Part shown: positions 1 through 10,515 of the stretch, in pieces | Layout of the letters: every line of letters starts with the position of its first letter | How positions within the stretch are numbered: position 1 is the first letter of the stretch | From: Octopus bimaculoides | Taxonomy: Eukaryota | Assembly: GCF_001194135.2 (NCBI RefSeq) | Contig: NC_068984.1 | Coordinates: 48,850,270-48,914,269 of the forward strand | Length of the DNA stretch: 64,000 nucleotides | Direction: 5' to 3' | Program-made: the position numbers and the translations under genes | The notes under the pieces: model-generated | What the model was told of the DNA's origin: nothing | The model's input: only the letters and a program-made list of their open reading frames with translations | The model's database searches: none

Positions 1-27
1 ATATATATATATATATATATAAATACA

Positions 28-161
28 TACGACAGCTTTCTTCAGATTCCGTCTACTAAATTCACTCACAAAGCTTGGTCGGCCCAGGGCTATAGCAGAA
101 GACACTTGACTACGATGCCACGCTGTGGAAATCAACCCGGAATGATATGGTTGGGAAGCAA
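28..161 (-). mobile_element. SINE family A (tRNA-like head + CORE-like motif), 5' half, degraded
   Basis: Reverse complement aligns by eye to copies at 5865 and 16185 (cttggtcggccc..ctatagcagaagacacttg..ccacgc.gtgg); abuts the (TA)n at 1-20. Confidence 0.85.
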
Positions 162-494
162 AGTGGCAGAATTCACACACCGTTGAAAAATTACTTTGCA
201 GTATTTTATAGGTTCAGTTTGCAATTAGGTCAACTTTATCGATCCCAACAAAGAAGATTCCAGACAATGAAGAAGTCCATTCGTGTCAATGACTTGCTAA
301 AAATATCAGTCAAATATCCTTTACATCTAACATTATTGTTTTAAATGTTAAGTAATAATGTAATGCAGATATATAGATATTACATGAGAAGCAAATAAAA
401 CGTGATGGCTACAGCAGAAATGACGTCTTTGTATAAACAGCGATAAAAAAGTTTAAAACAATATGAAAAATGAAGACGTCTGTTATGTGGTTAA

Positions 495-632
495 AATGGC
501 AGATATTTTAAGAGGAGGGAGTTAGTTGGCACCATCGAACCAAGTAAATCCCTACTCACCTACAGAAGATGAAAGGCAAATTTGTCTATGTTGATATTTG
601 AATCCCGAACATAAAGAGACGGGAGAAATATC
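495..632 (-). mobile_element. SINE family E fragment
   Basis: gaagatgaaaggcaaa..gatatttgaatcccgaacataaagagacgggagaaata resembles the copies at 3338 and 14764. Confidence 0.6.
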
Positions 633-1677
633 TTTTTCTCGATGGTGATGGAACCAGTGGTAAAACAATGTTAACAACGTCTAGTAGCAATAAACTTAAA
701 ACTTTAATGATCGCTTTTGAGTGTAATCTATAGAAAATGTTCATTGCAATTGCGTTAGTTTCCTATCACAGATAAGTATATTTATATGACAATGTTTAAA
801 GTCAAAAATCGTTTCGTCGAAGACCAATTTAACCAAAACAGGAGCTTATTCATAGTTACTGGATATTCTTAAGTTAATCTCTAACTATCCTTCAAAGGAG
901 TCAATCTCTCTTAAAACGATCATAACCACATGATTAAACCTTGTAACTGAATGACAACATAACAATAAGAAATGTGAAACCGATTTAAAAGAAACATTTC
1001 AGTGCCCAGTTTGTTGAATTAGTGTCTCTAATTCTGTAAGCATAAATCTCGACAGAAGTATAAAGTTGAGCCTCGATGTGTTCGCTAAACATGATAGAAG
1101 AGGCAGCCATTTGTACCTTATTCTATAAGCAATATTTCATTAAAAAGGACACCTTAGCTAATGTGATTCTACATACGATATTTGACAAAGAGACAGAAGT
1201 TCACAAAATGATTGCATTTTAATGTTGCAGCATCAGTAATAACAACAGCTCCGTTGCAAAGAAAGAGCCTCTATCTTGTGACTCGGCCCTCTAAAAATAA
1301 ACATAAAATCTTCCTTTAAGAATATCTTCCTTTAAGAACATACTTTTTCTTTTAAAAGGAAGGAATTATTGGGTAATAGATATGCGGTACATTATGTCTG
1401 AAAGATTTGAACATGTCAGATCATAACTATTTTCAGACAGGCCTGACTTGAAGGTGGGCAACAGCATTTACCATTTATCGATTTTTAAAAATCCCTCCAC
1501 GAATACACCAATTTACTGAAGAAAAGTATCTGCTGAAAAATCTCCATTCACTGGTCCATGCACGCGTCCTTTCACACAATGCTAGCCTTGAAAAGACGGA
1601 ATATTTGCGGCTGACGTGATAAACAACACATGCTGTTTCAGAGTAAGTAACAATATTTGTTAAAAATTCTCACTTCA

Positions 1678-1749
1678 TGTGTCATGGTGTAATGGTTAGC
1701 ACTCTGGTCTTTGAAACCAGTGATCCGAGTTCAAATTTCAGTGAGACCT
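1678..1749 (+). tRNA. tRNA-Gln-TTG: tRNA-Gln(TTG), 72 nt, likely pseudogene or variant isodecoder
   Basis: catggtgtaatggttagcactctgg..gatccgagttcaaat matches the eukaryotic tRNA-Gln body. Anticodon arm CTGGT-CTTTGAA-ACCAG. Box A and B intact. Acceptor stem tgtgtca/tgagacc has 2 mismatches; T-stem ccgag/ttcag has 1 mismatch and 1 G:U. T4 at 1756-1759. Confidence 0.85.
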
Positions 1750-1763
1750 TATTACTTTTATAA

Positions 1764-1920
1764 GCGCAGGCGTGGCTGTGCAGAAAGAAGCGTCCTAACC
1801 ACATGATACTGGATTTCAGTTCCACTGCATCGCACCATGGGCAAATGTCTACTACTATATCCTTGGGACCACAAAGACCTTGGAGTGGATTTGGGAGACG
1901 GAAACTGGAAAAAGCGCATC

Positions 1921-1957
<37 letters not shown>

Positions 1958-2190
1958 NNNNNNNNNNGTGTGTATATTTGTGCTTGTTCCACTATCACTT
2001 GACAAGAAGCGTTTGTATGTTTACGTCCCCGCCGTAAATTAGCGGTTCGGCAAAAGAGACCAAGAGAATAAGTACCAATCATTAAAAAATTAGATACTTG
2101 GGTCGATTTGTTCATGTGAAATTTTAGTCAATGTGATGTCCCAGGATGGCCACAGTCTAATGACTGAAATAAGTAAAGGACAAAAGATAA
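1764..2190 (+). mobile_element. SINE family A, full length with internal (TA)n/(TG)n
   Basis: Head gcgcaggcgtggctgtg, CORE-like atgggcaaatgtctactactat, central (TA)n plus gap, 3' half ttacgtccccg..ttagcggttcggcaaaagagacc..ggtcgatttg..atgactgaaataagtaaa. Confidence 0.9.
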
Positions 2191-3337
2191 ACCTGAAGGG
2201 ATATTTGGCACGTATTTCTGTAAATATGAATGGAACAAAAAACAACTTAATTGCATATATATTTGTGTCTCAGAAGCTGAAAACATGAAATGCCTGTGGC
2301 ATTTACAGGTCGTCCCAGAATAATGAGATTAACGTAGTTGATTTTCAGATTGAACAACAACTGCAGGTAAAAACACTCTTAGGAGGAAGCACTACAGAAT
2401 AAGCTTCTGTGTAACCAACTGATTCGCTATAAATAAAACTTCCTTTTTATAATAGGTATTTTTCTTAAGCCTAATTTACATACCCTAACCGTAACATATA
2501 TTGTTTTCTAAAATACATTTATCATATTCCTTATCAGTACTACATATTTGAAAAGGGTCATGAGTGCTAAGTGACCATAGGGGCATGGTTTTCATTACCA
2601 GTCCTTAAGTGACGTTGAGTCCTTGGAGTAGGATCTTCGTATTTGACGTTGTCCTGTCAATTCAGCTACTAAAAGTAGCAGTAGCAGTGAAAGAGCATCT
2701 GATTTTTATGAAATTAACGCGACGGCATTAACAAGTTTTTGGTGCGACCAAAAAAAATTGAGAAATGAGAGATACGTTTAGCAATGGATTACTATATAAT
2801 AAATTTGCCCAATAACTATGCATATAATTTTTTCAACTTGTTTTTCCGACGATGTTTGTCAATTCATGTTAAACATCTATATACTCATTTTAAGTTTCTA
2901 TTTTCTTTTTCTCCTTAACATGTACTATATTACGAATATAAATTTTCAAATTTTGTTTCATATCTTAAGTAAAAACCTACGCTACTCTAAAATCCTTCAT
3001 GAGCTTTAGCAAGAATAATGTGCTCCTTTTTCGATTTCCAAACTTGCTAGCACATACCTTGTTAGCTCAATCTAATCAATTAAAGCTTTATCAATTACTC
3101 ACATACTTTAATTAAATTAATTGAATTTATTATGTCCAAATAATTTTCCTTTCCCCTTATAAGGTCTTCTGATACAATAATCTCACGACTTTAATGTATT
3201 TATTGATTTATATATCTACTTAATTTTAGTAATCCATTATCGATGTAACCCACAGTTACAGCACTATTCCATATCTGACACACACTTAGGTTCATTATTT
3301 TCTATCTGCTCTTCATGGATTTCTTTTCACTTAAACT

Positions 3338-3462
3338 TTGAGTTTTCCTTTCATCCTTTAGGGGTCGATGAAATAATAGTAATTGAGCACTGAGGTCGAT
3401 GTAATCGACTAGCCCCTGGCCCCCAAAATTCAGGTGTCTTACATGTAGTAGAAAGGATTTAT
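3338..3462 (+). mobile_element. SINE family E 3' part
   Basis: cctttcatcctttaggggtcgatgaaata..agcactgaggtcgatgtaatcgact; reverse-complement match to 14764-14953. Confidence 0.75.
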
Positions 3463-4149
3463 TATATATTATAAAGATCCATAAACTTTTGTACCCTGAG
3501 TATTTTTATGATATATACTACTTATTTCCCATCCAAAAAATATTTAAAATTTCCTATAAATGATCGCATCCGCAAGAAATTTTTTTCATTTGTGAGTCAC
3601 CGACGCAAAGTTTCTTCTGTCTGAAAAAGAAACAAGTTCACAAAACCGTTATTATCAACATTCTTATACTTTAAGAATCAACATTCTTACACTTTAACAA
3701 CTTTATATAGCTAACATTAACTAACCACATAAACGCATACATTTACACAAACTTCTTTTTATTTTATAAAACTCTTTCGTAATACTTTATTCTTAACAAT
3801 TAGTTTCTTATTATTACTTCTAACACTTAGTTTCTGATTATTACTTCTAATATTTAGATAACATGAACTTGTTAATTCACTAATTGTTTTGAAACAATTT
3901 TCTTCTACATTCTGAACATTAATCATACATCATTCTTACTCCTTTAAATTTTGTTGCAGCAGTTACTAATTCTTCGTCTTCCGTTCTACAATCATACCAT
4001 CAAATGTCTAAGATAAGGTACTTTCACCAGATCATCATCGGCAATAACTAGTTTCTGTTTCAATATATACTAATAACATACACAACGAATATTTGCAATG
4101 GTCACAAAATACAGATTACAAAATAAAGAAAAGAGGAAACAAAAGAATT

Positions 4150-5800
4150 TTGTACAGTCTTATCTCGATAGCTGTTTGAAAACTAGCATATGTGTGTATC
4201 CTGGGAAAAGTTTCAGTGGAATTGTTAGTTAGGCCCTCCTTCTCAAGAGCAAGGAAGAAGGTGTGTATTTCAGAGCAGTTTCAACGAATATAAAGAGAAC
4301 AGAGTGAAGTGAATTAGGTGGAAGAAAGCAGAGGTTGGGGTAGCTGATGGAAGAATCGAGAGGAAGATACTACTTAAGAAAGACTACATATTATTAGCAG
4401 ATCGAAGAAATAGTGCTGTCAGTTCAAAATATCAGGGGAGAGGAAACGTTGTGGTTTACAGACGAGATGAAGCAGTAAAGAGTCGAGAGACCAAGTAACA
4501 AGTGAAATTAAGCGCTGTGGTAAAGAAGTGGTAGGTAAGAAATGAAGGTACGATGAGTAAAAGAGTAGTTTAGCTAAGAAGATAAGAAATTATGATTTTT
4601 ACATAATGAGCAAATTTTCTGTACAGTTTTTTGTCTACAAGCAAATAATACGTTTCAGAATCGATTAAGGAAAATAGTGAGCGACACTCGGTACCATAAA
4701 TTAGAGAAGCATTCTAACAGGTAGAGTTTTGATAAACTTGGCCATCACAGGTTTTCTTACCTCCAGTAAATTGGGCCCCTGTAAATATTCCACCGAGGTT
4801 CATACAATCAATCAACGTACAAGTTGAAACAATGACACTAGTATAACGGTAAGAGGGATTTGTATATTTGGAGAAGTACGGCTTATGATTATACCTAGTA
4901 GATCGGCCTAGTCCACAGCAGTTGTTGTGGGTTGTATCTATTCCGGCACTGAAGTTGCGCGCCCTAGTACAATTTACACGTCTAAGCTCAACAGTAGTAT
5001 CTACAGTACATGTATTTTTGGATAAATATATTAGTGGTAGGATGCATCAGAAACAGGTGTGGATTTTAAGCGACTCTAATAGTATCAGATTCAGTGGGAT
5101 GATGTTTCGTATTCGCTTCACTATAGTTAATGGTGCTAAGTATGCTAATTCAAAGGACGCCTGTGGTATCAGACGATTGCTAAGCTAAATGGTGGGGTTG
5201 TTCGGAATTACAATACATTAACACGCTTAAGGTGGAAATCCGATCGGGAATTCTCAGGGCTTACAGCTAGGTTGCCCAGTTTATCCCTATTATAGAACCG
5301 CGATTAGGGTTGGTAGAATATGAAATTTTAATGATGGATATGTTTAAAATAGAGTAGTACTTATGCTGGGATGATATATTGGAGTTCAGGATTTTGAAGA
5401 AAAGCTCAAGCGTTAAGGATTTAGCTTCAAGAGAGAACGGAGTGCAAACCACAAGATCTCACGACTTTTGCTCCATAGGTTTGAGGAGCATGTGTGAGGT
5501 TGCGCTGCTTATCCGGGACGATCAAAGTTTTTTCCACCCCCAAAGACTCAGGAATAAATTATAGGTGGCAGGAGATGAATGCTGGAGGGCTCAAGCAAGA
5601 CGAAAGGTAGGAGTAAGTAGATTGTGTGGGAATGGTCAGTATCGCTACAAGAAAGTTATAAGTTCAACTTTAATATTCAGTTTAGTATTAAGGATATAGG
5701 ACATCTTCTCAAGGAAACCGCTACTACAGAAGGCCTGATCACAAGGTCATGATTATCGAAGATATCTTCATTGACGGATGGTTTAGAGTTCGTAATAGAA
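4150..5800 (-). mobile_element. Degraded APE-type LINE relic (CR1/L2/Jockey-like RT C-terminus)
   Basis: Minus-strand translation gives broken motifs LECFSNLW..QKICSLCK..LNYSFTHRTFISYLPLLY..FVETALKYT, resembling the post-RT tail of CR1/L2-type LINEs. Many stops; 5' boundary uncertain. Confidence 0.45.
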
Positions 5801-5820
5801 ATTCCTTTAAATGGTATTTA

Positions 5821-5862
<42 letters not shown>

Positions 5863-5864
5863 AT

Positions 5865-6027
5865 GGGCGCAGGAGTGTCTGTGTGGTAAGTAGCTTGCTA
5901 CCAACCACATGGTTCCTGGTTCAGTCCCACCGCGTGGTTCCTTGGGCAAGTGGCATTTACTATAGCCTCGGGCCGACTAAAGCCTAGTGATTCGATTTGT
6001 TAGACGGAAACTTAATGAAGCCCGTTA
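5865..6027 (+). mobile_element. SINE family A 5' half
   Basis: gggcgcaggagtgtctgtgtggtaagtagcttgc..ggttcagtcccac (box B-like)..ccttgggcaagtg (CORE-like)..gacggaaact..gaagcccgtta, then (TA)n(GATA)n. Confidence 0.9.
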
Positions 6028-6046
6028 TACATATATATATATATAT

Positions 6047-6080
<34 letters not shown>

Positions 6081-6412
6081 TATAAATTCACCATTTTTCT
6101 CTGACGAGTGGATGATTATCAATTTTAGAGTTCATTTCGAAGGGTAATACATTCATGAAACGATCGTAAGATATTTCAAACTTTTTAAAAAATCATACTT
6201 TATATATTTTTACATCTCTCTATTAATACAATATTATTTTGGACGTATATCTTCTGTGATGAATTTTGATGCTGTTTTTCCTGCTCTTACTTTGTAATAT
6301 ATAATCGCTCTTATTAAATGTCTAAATACCTTTAAGGTTTTAGACATTTCTCTACCAAGAGCACTTATTCGAAATTCAGCATACTGTATTGTCATTGAAT
6401 ATATTTGATAAA
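6081..6412. other. ~330-bp insert splitting a family A SINE; carries a hammerhead-core-like motif and a hairpin
   Basis: Lies between the SINE 5' half plus microsatellite and the SINE 3' half; absent from the intact copy at 1764-2190. Confidence 0.6.
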
Positions 6413-6414
6413 CT

Positions 6415-6632
6415 ATGTGTCTTTGCGTGTTTGTGTTTGTCTCACGCAACATCGTTGGAAAACCGATGCTGGTGTATTACATCCCCGTAACTTAGCGGTT
6501 GGGCAAAATGACCGATAGAATAAGTACTAGACTTACTAAGAATAAGTCCTGGGGGTCGATTTGCTTGACCAGAGGTGGTGCTCCAGTATGGCCGCCGTCA
6601 AATGACTGAAACAAATAAAAGAATAAAAGAAT
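6415..6632 (+). mobile_element. SINE family A 3' half
   Basis: tacatccccgtaacttagcggttgggcaaaatgaccgatagaataagtactag..ggggtcgatttgc..ggtggtgctccagtatggccgccgtcaaatgactgaaac, then an (aataaaag) tail. Confidence 0.9.
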
Positions 6633-6914
6633 ATATATATATATATATATTATATGATGTCACATGAATATATGTATTGAGAATAAGAAAGGGCGAAAAA
6701 GGACGATACAGAAGAGCAGAAACATTCTAGAATGCATAAAATATACGCATTTGGCTAATTAGCAAAGATTCACTCACTAACATATTTCTGCAGCTATTCT
6801 ACTACACAACAATAGCTACAAATCCTTTCATCTATTTTGTTCATTTATACTATATCTCCTCCCACTGAGTAGCCTGCCTTTCCTGCACACATTTCATTTT
6901 ATTTTCTTACACAG

Positions 6915-6920
6915 AGGGAG

Positions 6921-6963
<43 letters not shown>

Positions 6964-7050
6964 GAAAGAGAGAAAGAGACAGAGAGAGAATGACACACTC
7001 ACATACGCACACTCACATACGCACACATACATACGCACACATACACACGC
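6915..7050. repeat. (GA)n followed by degenerate (CA)n microsatellite
   Basis: Direct inspection. Confidence 0.95.
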
Positions 7051-7749
7051 ATACGACGATTGTTATGGCGTTATTAAATTGAGAAAAATAACTAAATTTA
7101 ATGTAAGAAATATAAATATTTAAATGTAACTGATAATGAACACACAGAAATAATCAGTCCAAGCGGATAAAATTTCAAAGAGGTAAATAAAAATCGTTAT
7201 GGTAGGTGAAATTGTTCACTGAAAGAAAAGTGTCTAAGAAATAATTTGTTGAAAACTCGTATGAATCAATGTGAATTTTGTTTTATTAATATGCGTATCA
7301 AAAATTGTGAAGACAACAAGACAAACAAACGGACAATGCAATACACTGTTGCGAGAATGTCAAACATTGATTCATTTAGGAAATATGTGATACTCTAATA
7401 GACAAAATCTTTACTTAAAGATGTTCAGCTCGAAAATTTTCTGCCAAAAGTCAATTTCAATTCATTGGTGAATGATCACAAATGAGATGTTGATAAAAAG
7501 AAATTTCACAATAACAAGCTGAATCTTCGATCATGGGTTTGAGTGAGTACTAATAACAACACACTTAATGATATTAATAACGTCATCACTTTTGATATGG
7601 CACAGCAATGGGAAACATGTGACGAATGACATTGGAACAAGTACCAAGTCGCTACTTAAGAACCTAACCCCCACAAAAATCGAGAATTCGTAGAATTTGA
7701 GAGGCAGTAAAAAGAAAAGAACATACTGAATGCAAGTTTCGTTCATTGC

Positions 7750-8440
7750 TTTTGAAAATAATGCGCGTCAATGAAGAAGCTATTGGTCCAAGGCAAGGGA
7801 GATCTCTGAGCATTTCGGCCAAGACTAGAGAAATCTCTGAGCATTTGGTCCGTTTAGAGTCAGGTTGAGAGACAAGAGAATTTTTGTTAGCATCCCTCGA
7901 ACAAATGTAGGAACCGCAAAGCAAGATCTCTTTTTGGAAATGAATCCATCAGTCACTAAAGTTAGTCTGACACCTGCCTTAGTCAGTCGATGTACATTAT
8001 CAGACCATGTGGCTTAGTTTCTGCATTAGGTGTGACTAAATGTCTGGGTAATCTAAATGTAGCTTCATATACCTACTCTACAGGAATCCACTCAAAGTCA
8101 GCCCTCACTGTGGTACGCATGACAAGTAGAACAACGGTGACCAGTTCACGCCAACAGTTAGGATTGAGTTGTACAATGAGTGCAGTCATCAGTTGTCGAG
8201 GAAATCTTCCGACTACTCATTAACCTAATTAAGATGGGCTGTAATGTTGATATCTAAGTACTTAGGTCATTGCATAGAAAAGGCCGACATAAATTGCAAA
8301 CTAAGGCTGTGTGTAATAGTAGAAGGAACACCAAATAGAGACCCAATCTTCTAAGTTTAGCAATACAGCCTCCGCTGAAGCATTTGTGAAATTTATAGCC
8401 TTCCGTAATCGTGTATAGCGGTAAACACTTAGCAAGCAGT
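7750..8440 (+). mobile_element. Degraded RTE-like LINE relic
   Basis: Fragments KCRNR (cf. KCREQ), KYLG, and TASAEAFVKFIAFRNRV (cf. KAS.AFG.L..RVW) occur in the expected order; heavily frameshifted. Confidence 0.4.
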
Positions 8441-9719
8441 TGCTGTTTTTAGAAGAATGAAAAGGCATATTCAAGTCAATGTATATATGATGTAACTTAA
8501 TTTCTGGCGTCTAAACTTAGCCAGAGGTGATTTCACATGTCATGTAACTTTAGCACGTCGATATTTCAAGCAGTTTTGCATACTACCTATTGATTCATAC
8601 CAGGCCTTATTTAACTAGAGATAATTAATTTCTTAGTGACTTTCTATGTGTTATATGTGATAGATTGTGCAGAATATGAAAGAAAGCTCTTCATTTGCTT
8701 TTAGAGGCGAAATAAAGAGTAATCCAGCTAAAGTGTCACATCAGATAAATTTGTTAACATTTTGGGAAAAGAGCTTTCTCAATAGCCCAAGAAAAATAAT
8801 AATATTGTAGATACTGAAATTCTTCAGTTTGTGGTGATGCGTTGAAGATTGGCCTGAAGGAGTGTATAAAACTGATATTTCCATATTTGAAAAACTGTCG
8901 GCCATAGAATTTCCCTTGTCAGAAATAAGACGGTTGACTAACGTAAAGTGGGAAAATATTGTCTTAGCTATCTGGGATAGTGCTGTTCCAGTTTGGATTG
9001 CATAACATAAACGAAATGTTTATGGTCAGCATAGATTTTACACACCTTGTTAACGCCATACGATGAAAACTGGATCACATCTAAATGGTTATTTTAGCTG
9101 AATGTTGACGGTCTTTATGGTATAAAATAAAACTGTGACCAAAAACGTAGATGAAGTTGGAGAATTTAATAAAAGAAATATAAACAGTTTAACGTGGAGA
9201 TAAGTAACAAATAATAGAAAGATAAAATGTCTAAGTGAGTGTTGGAGAAAAAAATGTTTTCAAAATTTGTTTGGATCACAATAGAAATGTTCCTCTTTTT
9301 TTTTAATTAATAGGCAGAGAATATTTTGCGCATAAATTAATTTACCTTGTTATTGTTGAACTAACGAGATGTCAAGCAACACAAAGTCAGTGACTATGTG
9401 AATACACGATCGTGGTTTTGTGCTAATCTTTATTACGAAACTCTTTGTTGAATCGATGACGTCATCACATTTAATTTGGCAGGACGTAGAGCGTGGCTTG
9501 TGGCTAGCAACATTAGAGAAAGTACCATACCAAGTCATTACACAAAAATACACACATGCATGAATGTGTACATGCATAAACATGTATATACTTACAAACA
9601 TATAAATTCAAACACTTATATTGCACATAAATACGAATAGAAGACAGATATACATATGGAATTGTATGCCTGAATGTATATATGTATGAATATAGCTATA
9701 TGTTGATCAGTGTACATTT

Positions 9720-9860
9720 TTGTGTTTCTTTATGTCTCTCACAATTTGACTCGATAGGGGTTTCTTTATGTTCCCGTAACTTAGCAGTTCAAACAGAAAA
9801 GATATTTGGTGGAATAAGGATCGAACTTAAAATAAGTACTGGAGCGAATTTGATCAACAA
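9720..9860 (+). mobile_element. SINE family A 3' half fragment
   Basis: ttcccgtaacttagcagttc..aaaataagtactggagcgaatttg. Confidence 0.6.
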
Positions 9861-9911
9861 AAGAAACGTTTCATTTACTGAGATTTGTATATGAATAAAA
9901 TAATAATAATA

Positions 9912-10205
9912 AATGACCATGAGATTGCACCTAAAAATTTCCCCTCCGAAGCACAAATCCGGGTAAGGTTGTTCATGGAAAATTAGTAGTCGACCAAACA
10001 TACCACTCTCCCCACCGATGTTATCCAAGGGAAAGGCAAAAACCGATACAGCTTGACAAACTCATTTTTTCAGCTGAGTGAACTGGAACAACGTGAAATA
10101 AAGTGTCTTGCTCAAGGGCACAACACACAGCCCAGTCCGAGAATCGAACTCGATACATCATGATCGTGAGTCCGACGCTCTAACCACTGGGCCATGCGCC
10201 TTCAC
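9912..10205 (-). mobile_element. SINE family B (tRNA head + CORE-like + distinct tail)
   Basis: Reverse complement begins gtgaaggcgcatggcccagtggttagagcgtcggactc..gagttcgattctcgg (box A/B), then cccttgagcaagacacttt. Tail matches 38051-38347. Confidence 0.9.
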
Positions 10206-10212
10206 TGGTCTT

Positions 10213-10362
10213 GACAGTCCACTCAGCTGGCAAAAATGAATAATACGTATATTTCAAAGGACCAATCTTGTCACGTTCGGTGTTACACTGAATCTCTTTG
10301 AAAACTACGTTTGTGGAATGCTCAGCCATTTAACGAGCAGGCTGTTCCGTTGACGGATCAAC
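10213..10362 (+). mobile_element. SINE family C, headless fragment running into a gap
   Basis: cagtccactcagctggcaaaaatg..ttcaaagg..cttgtcac..ctgaatctc..actacgtt..tgctcagcc matches 18856-19020. Confidence 0.8.
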
Positions 10363-10484
10363 NNNNNNNNNNNNNNNNNNNNNNNNNNNNNNNNNNNNNN
10401 NNNNNNNNNNNNNNNNNNNNNNNNNNNNNNNNNNNNNNNNNNNNNNNNNNNNNNNNNNNNNNNNNNNNNNNNNNNNNNNNNNNN

Positions 10485-10515
<31 letters not shown>

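Noticed and set aside
5340-5395. Minus-strand TPIYHPSIST, resembling the ubiquitin-conjugating E2 motif TPIYHPNI
   Set aside because: Immediately flanked by stops, no catalytic Cys context, and lies inside a LINE relic; chance.
8750-9000. Minus-strand IWKYQF..TN*RISVSTI, like the LINE WK.A.V.P..NYRPIS motif
   Set aside because: Too degraded to support as a feature.
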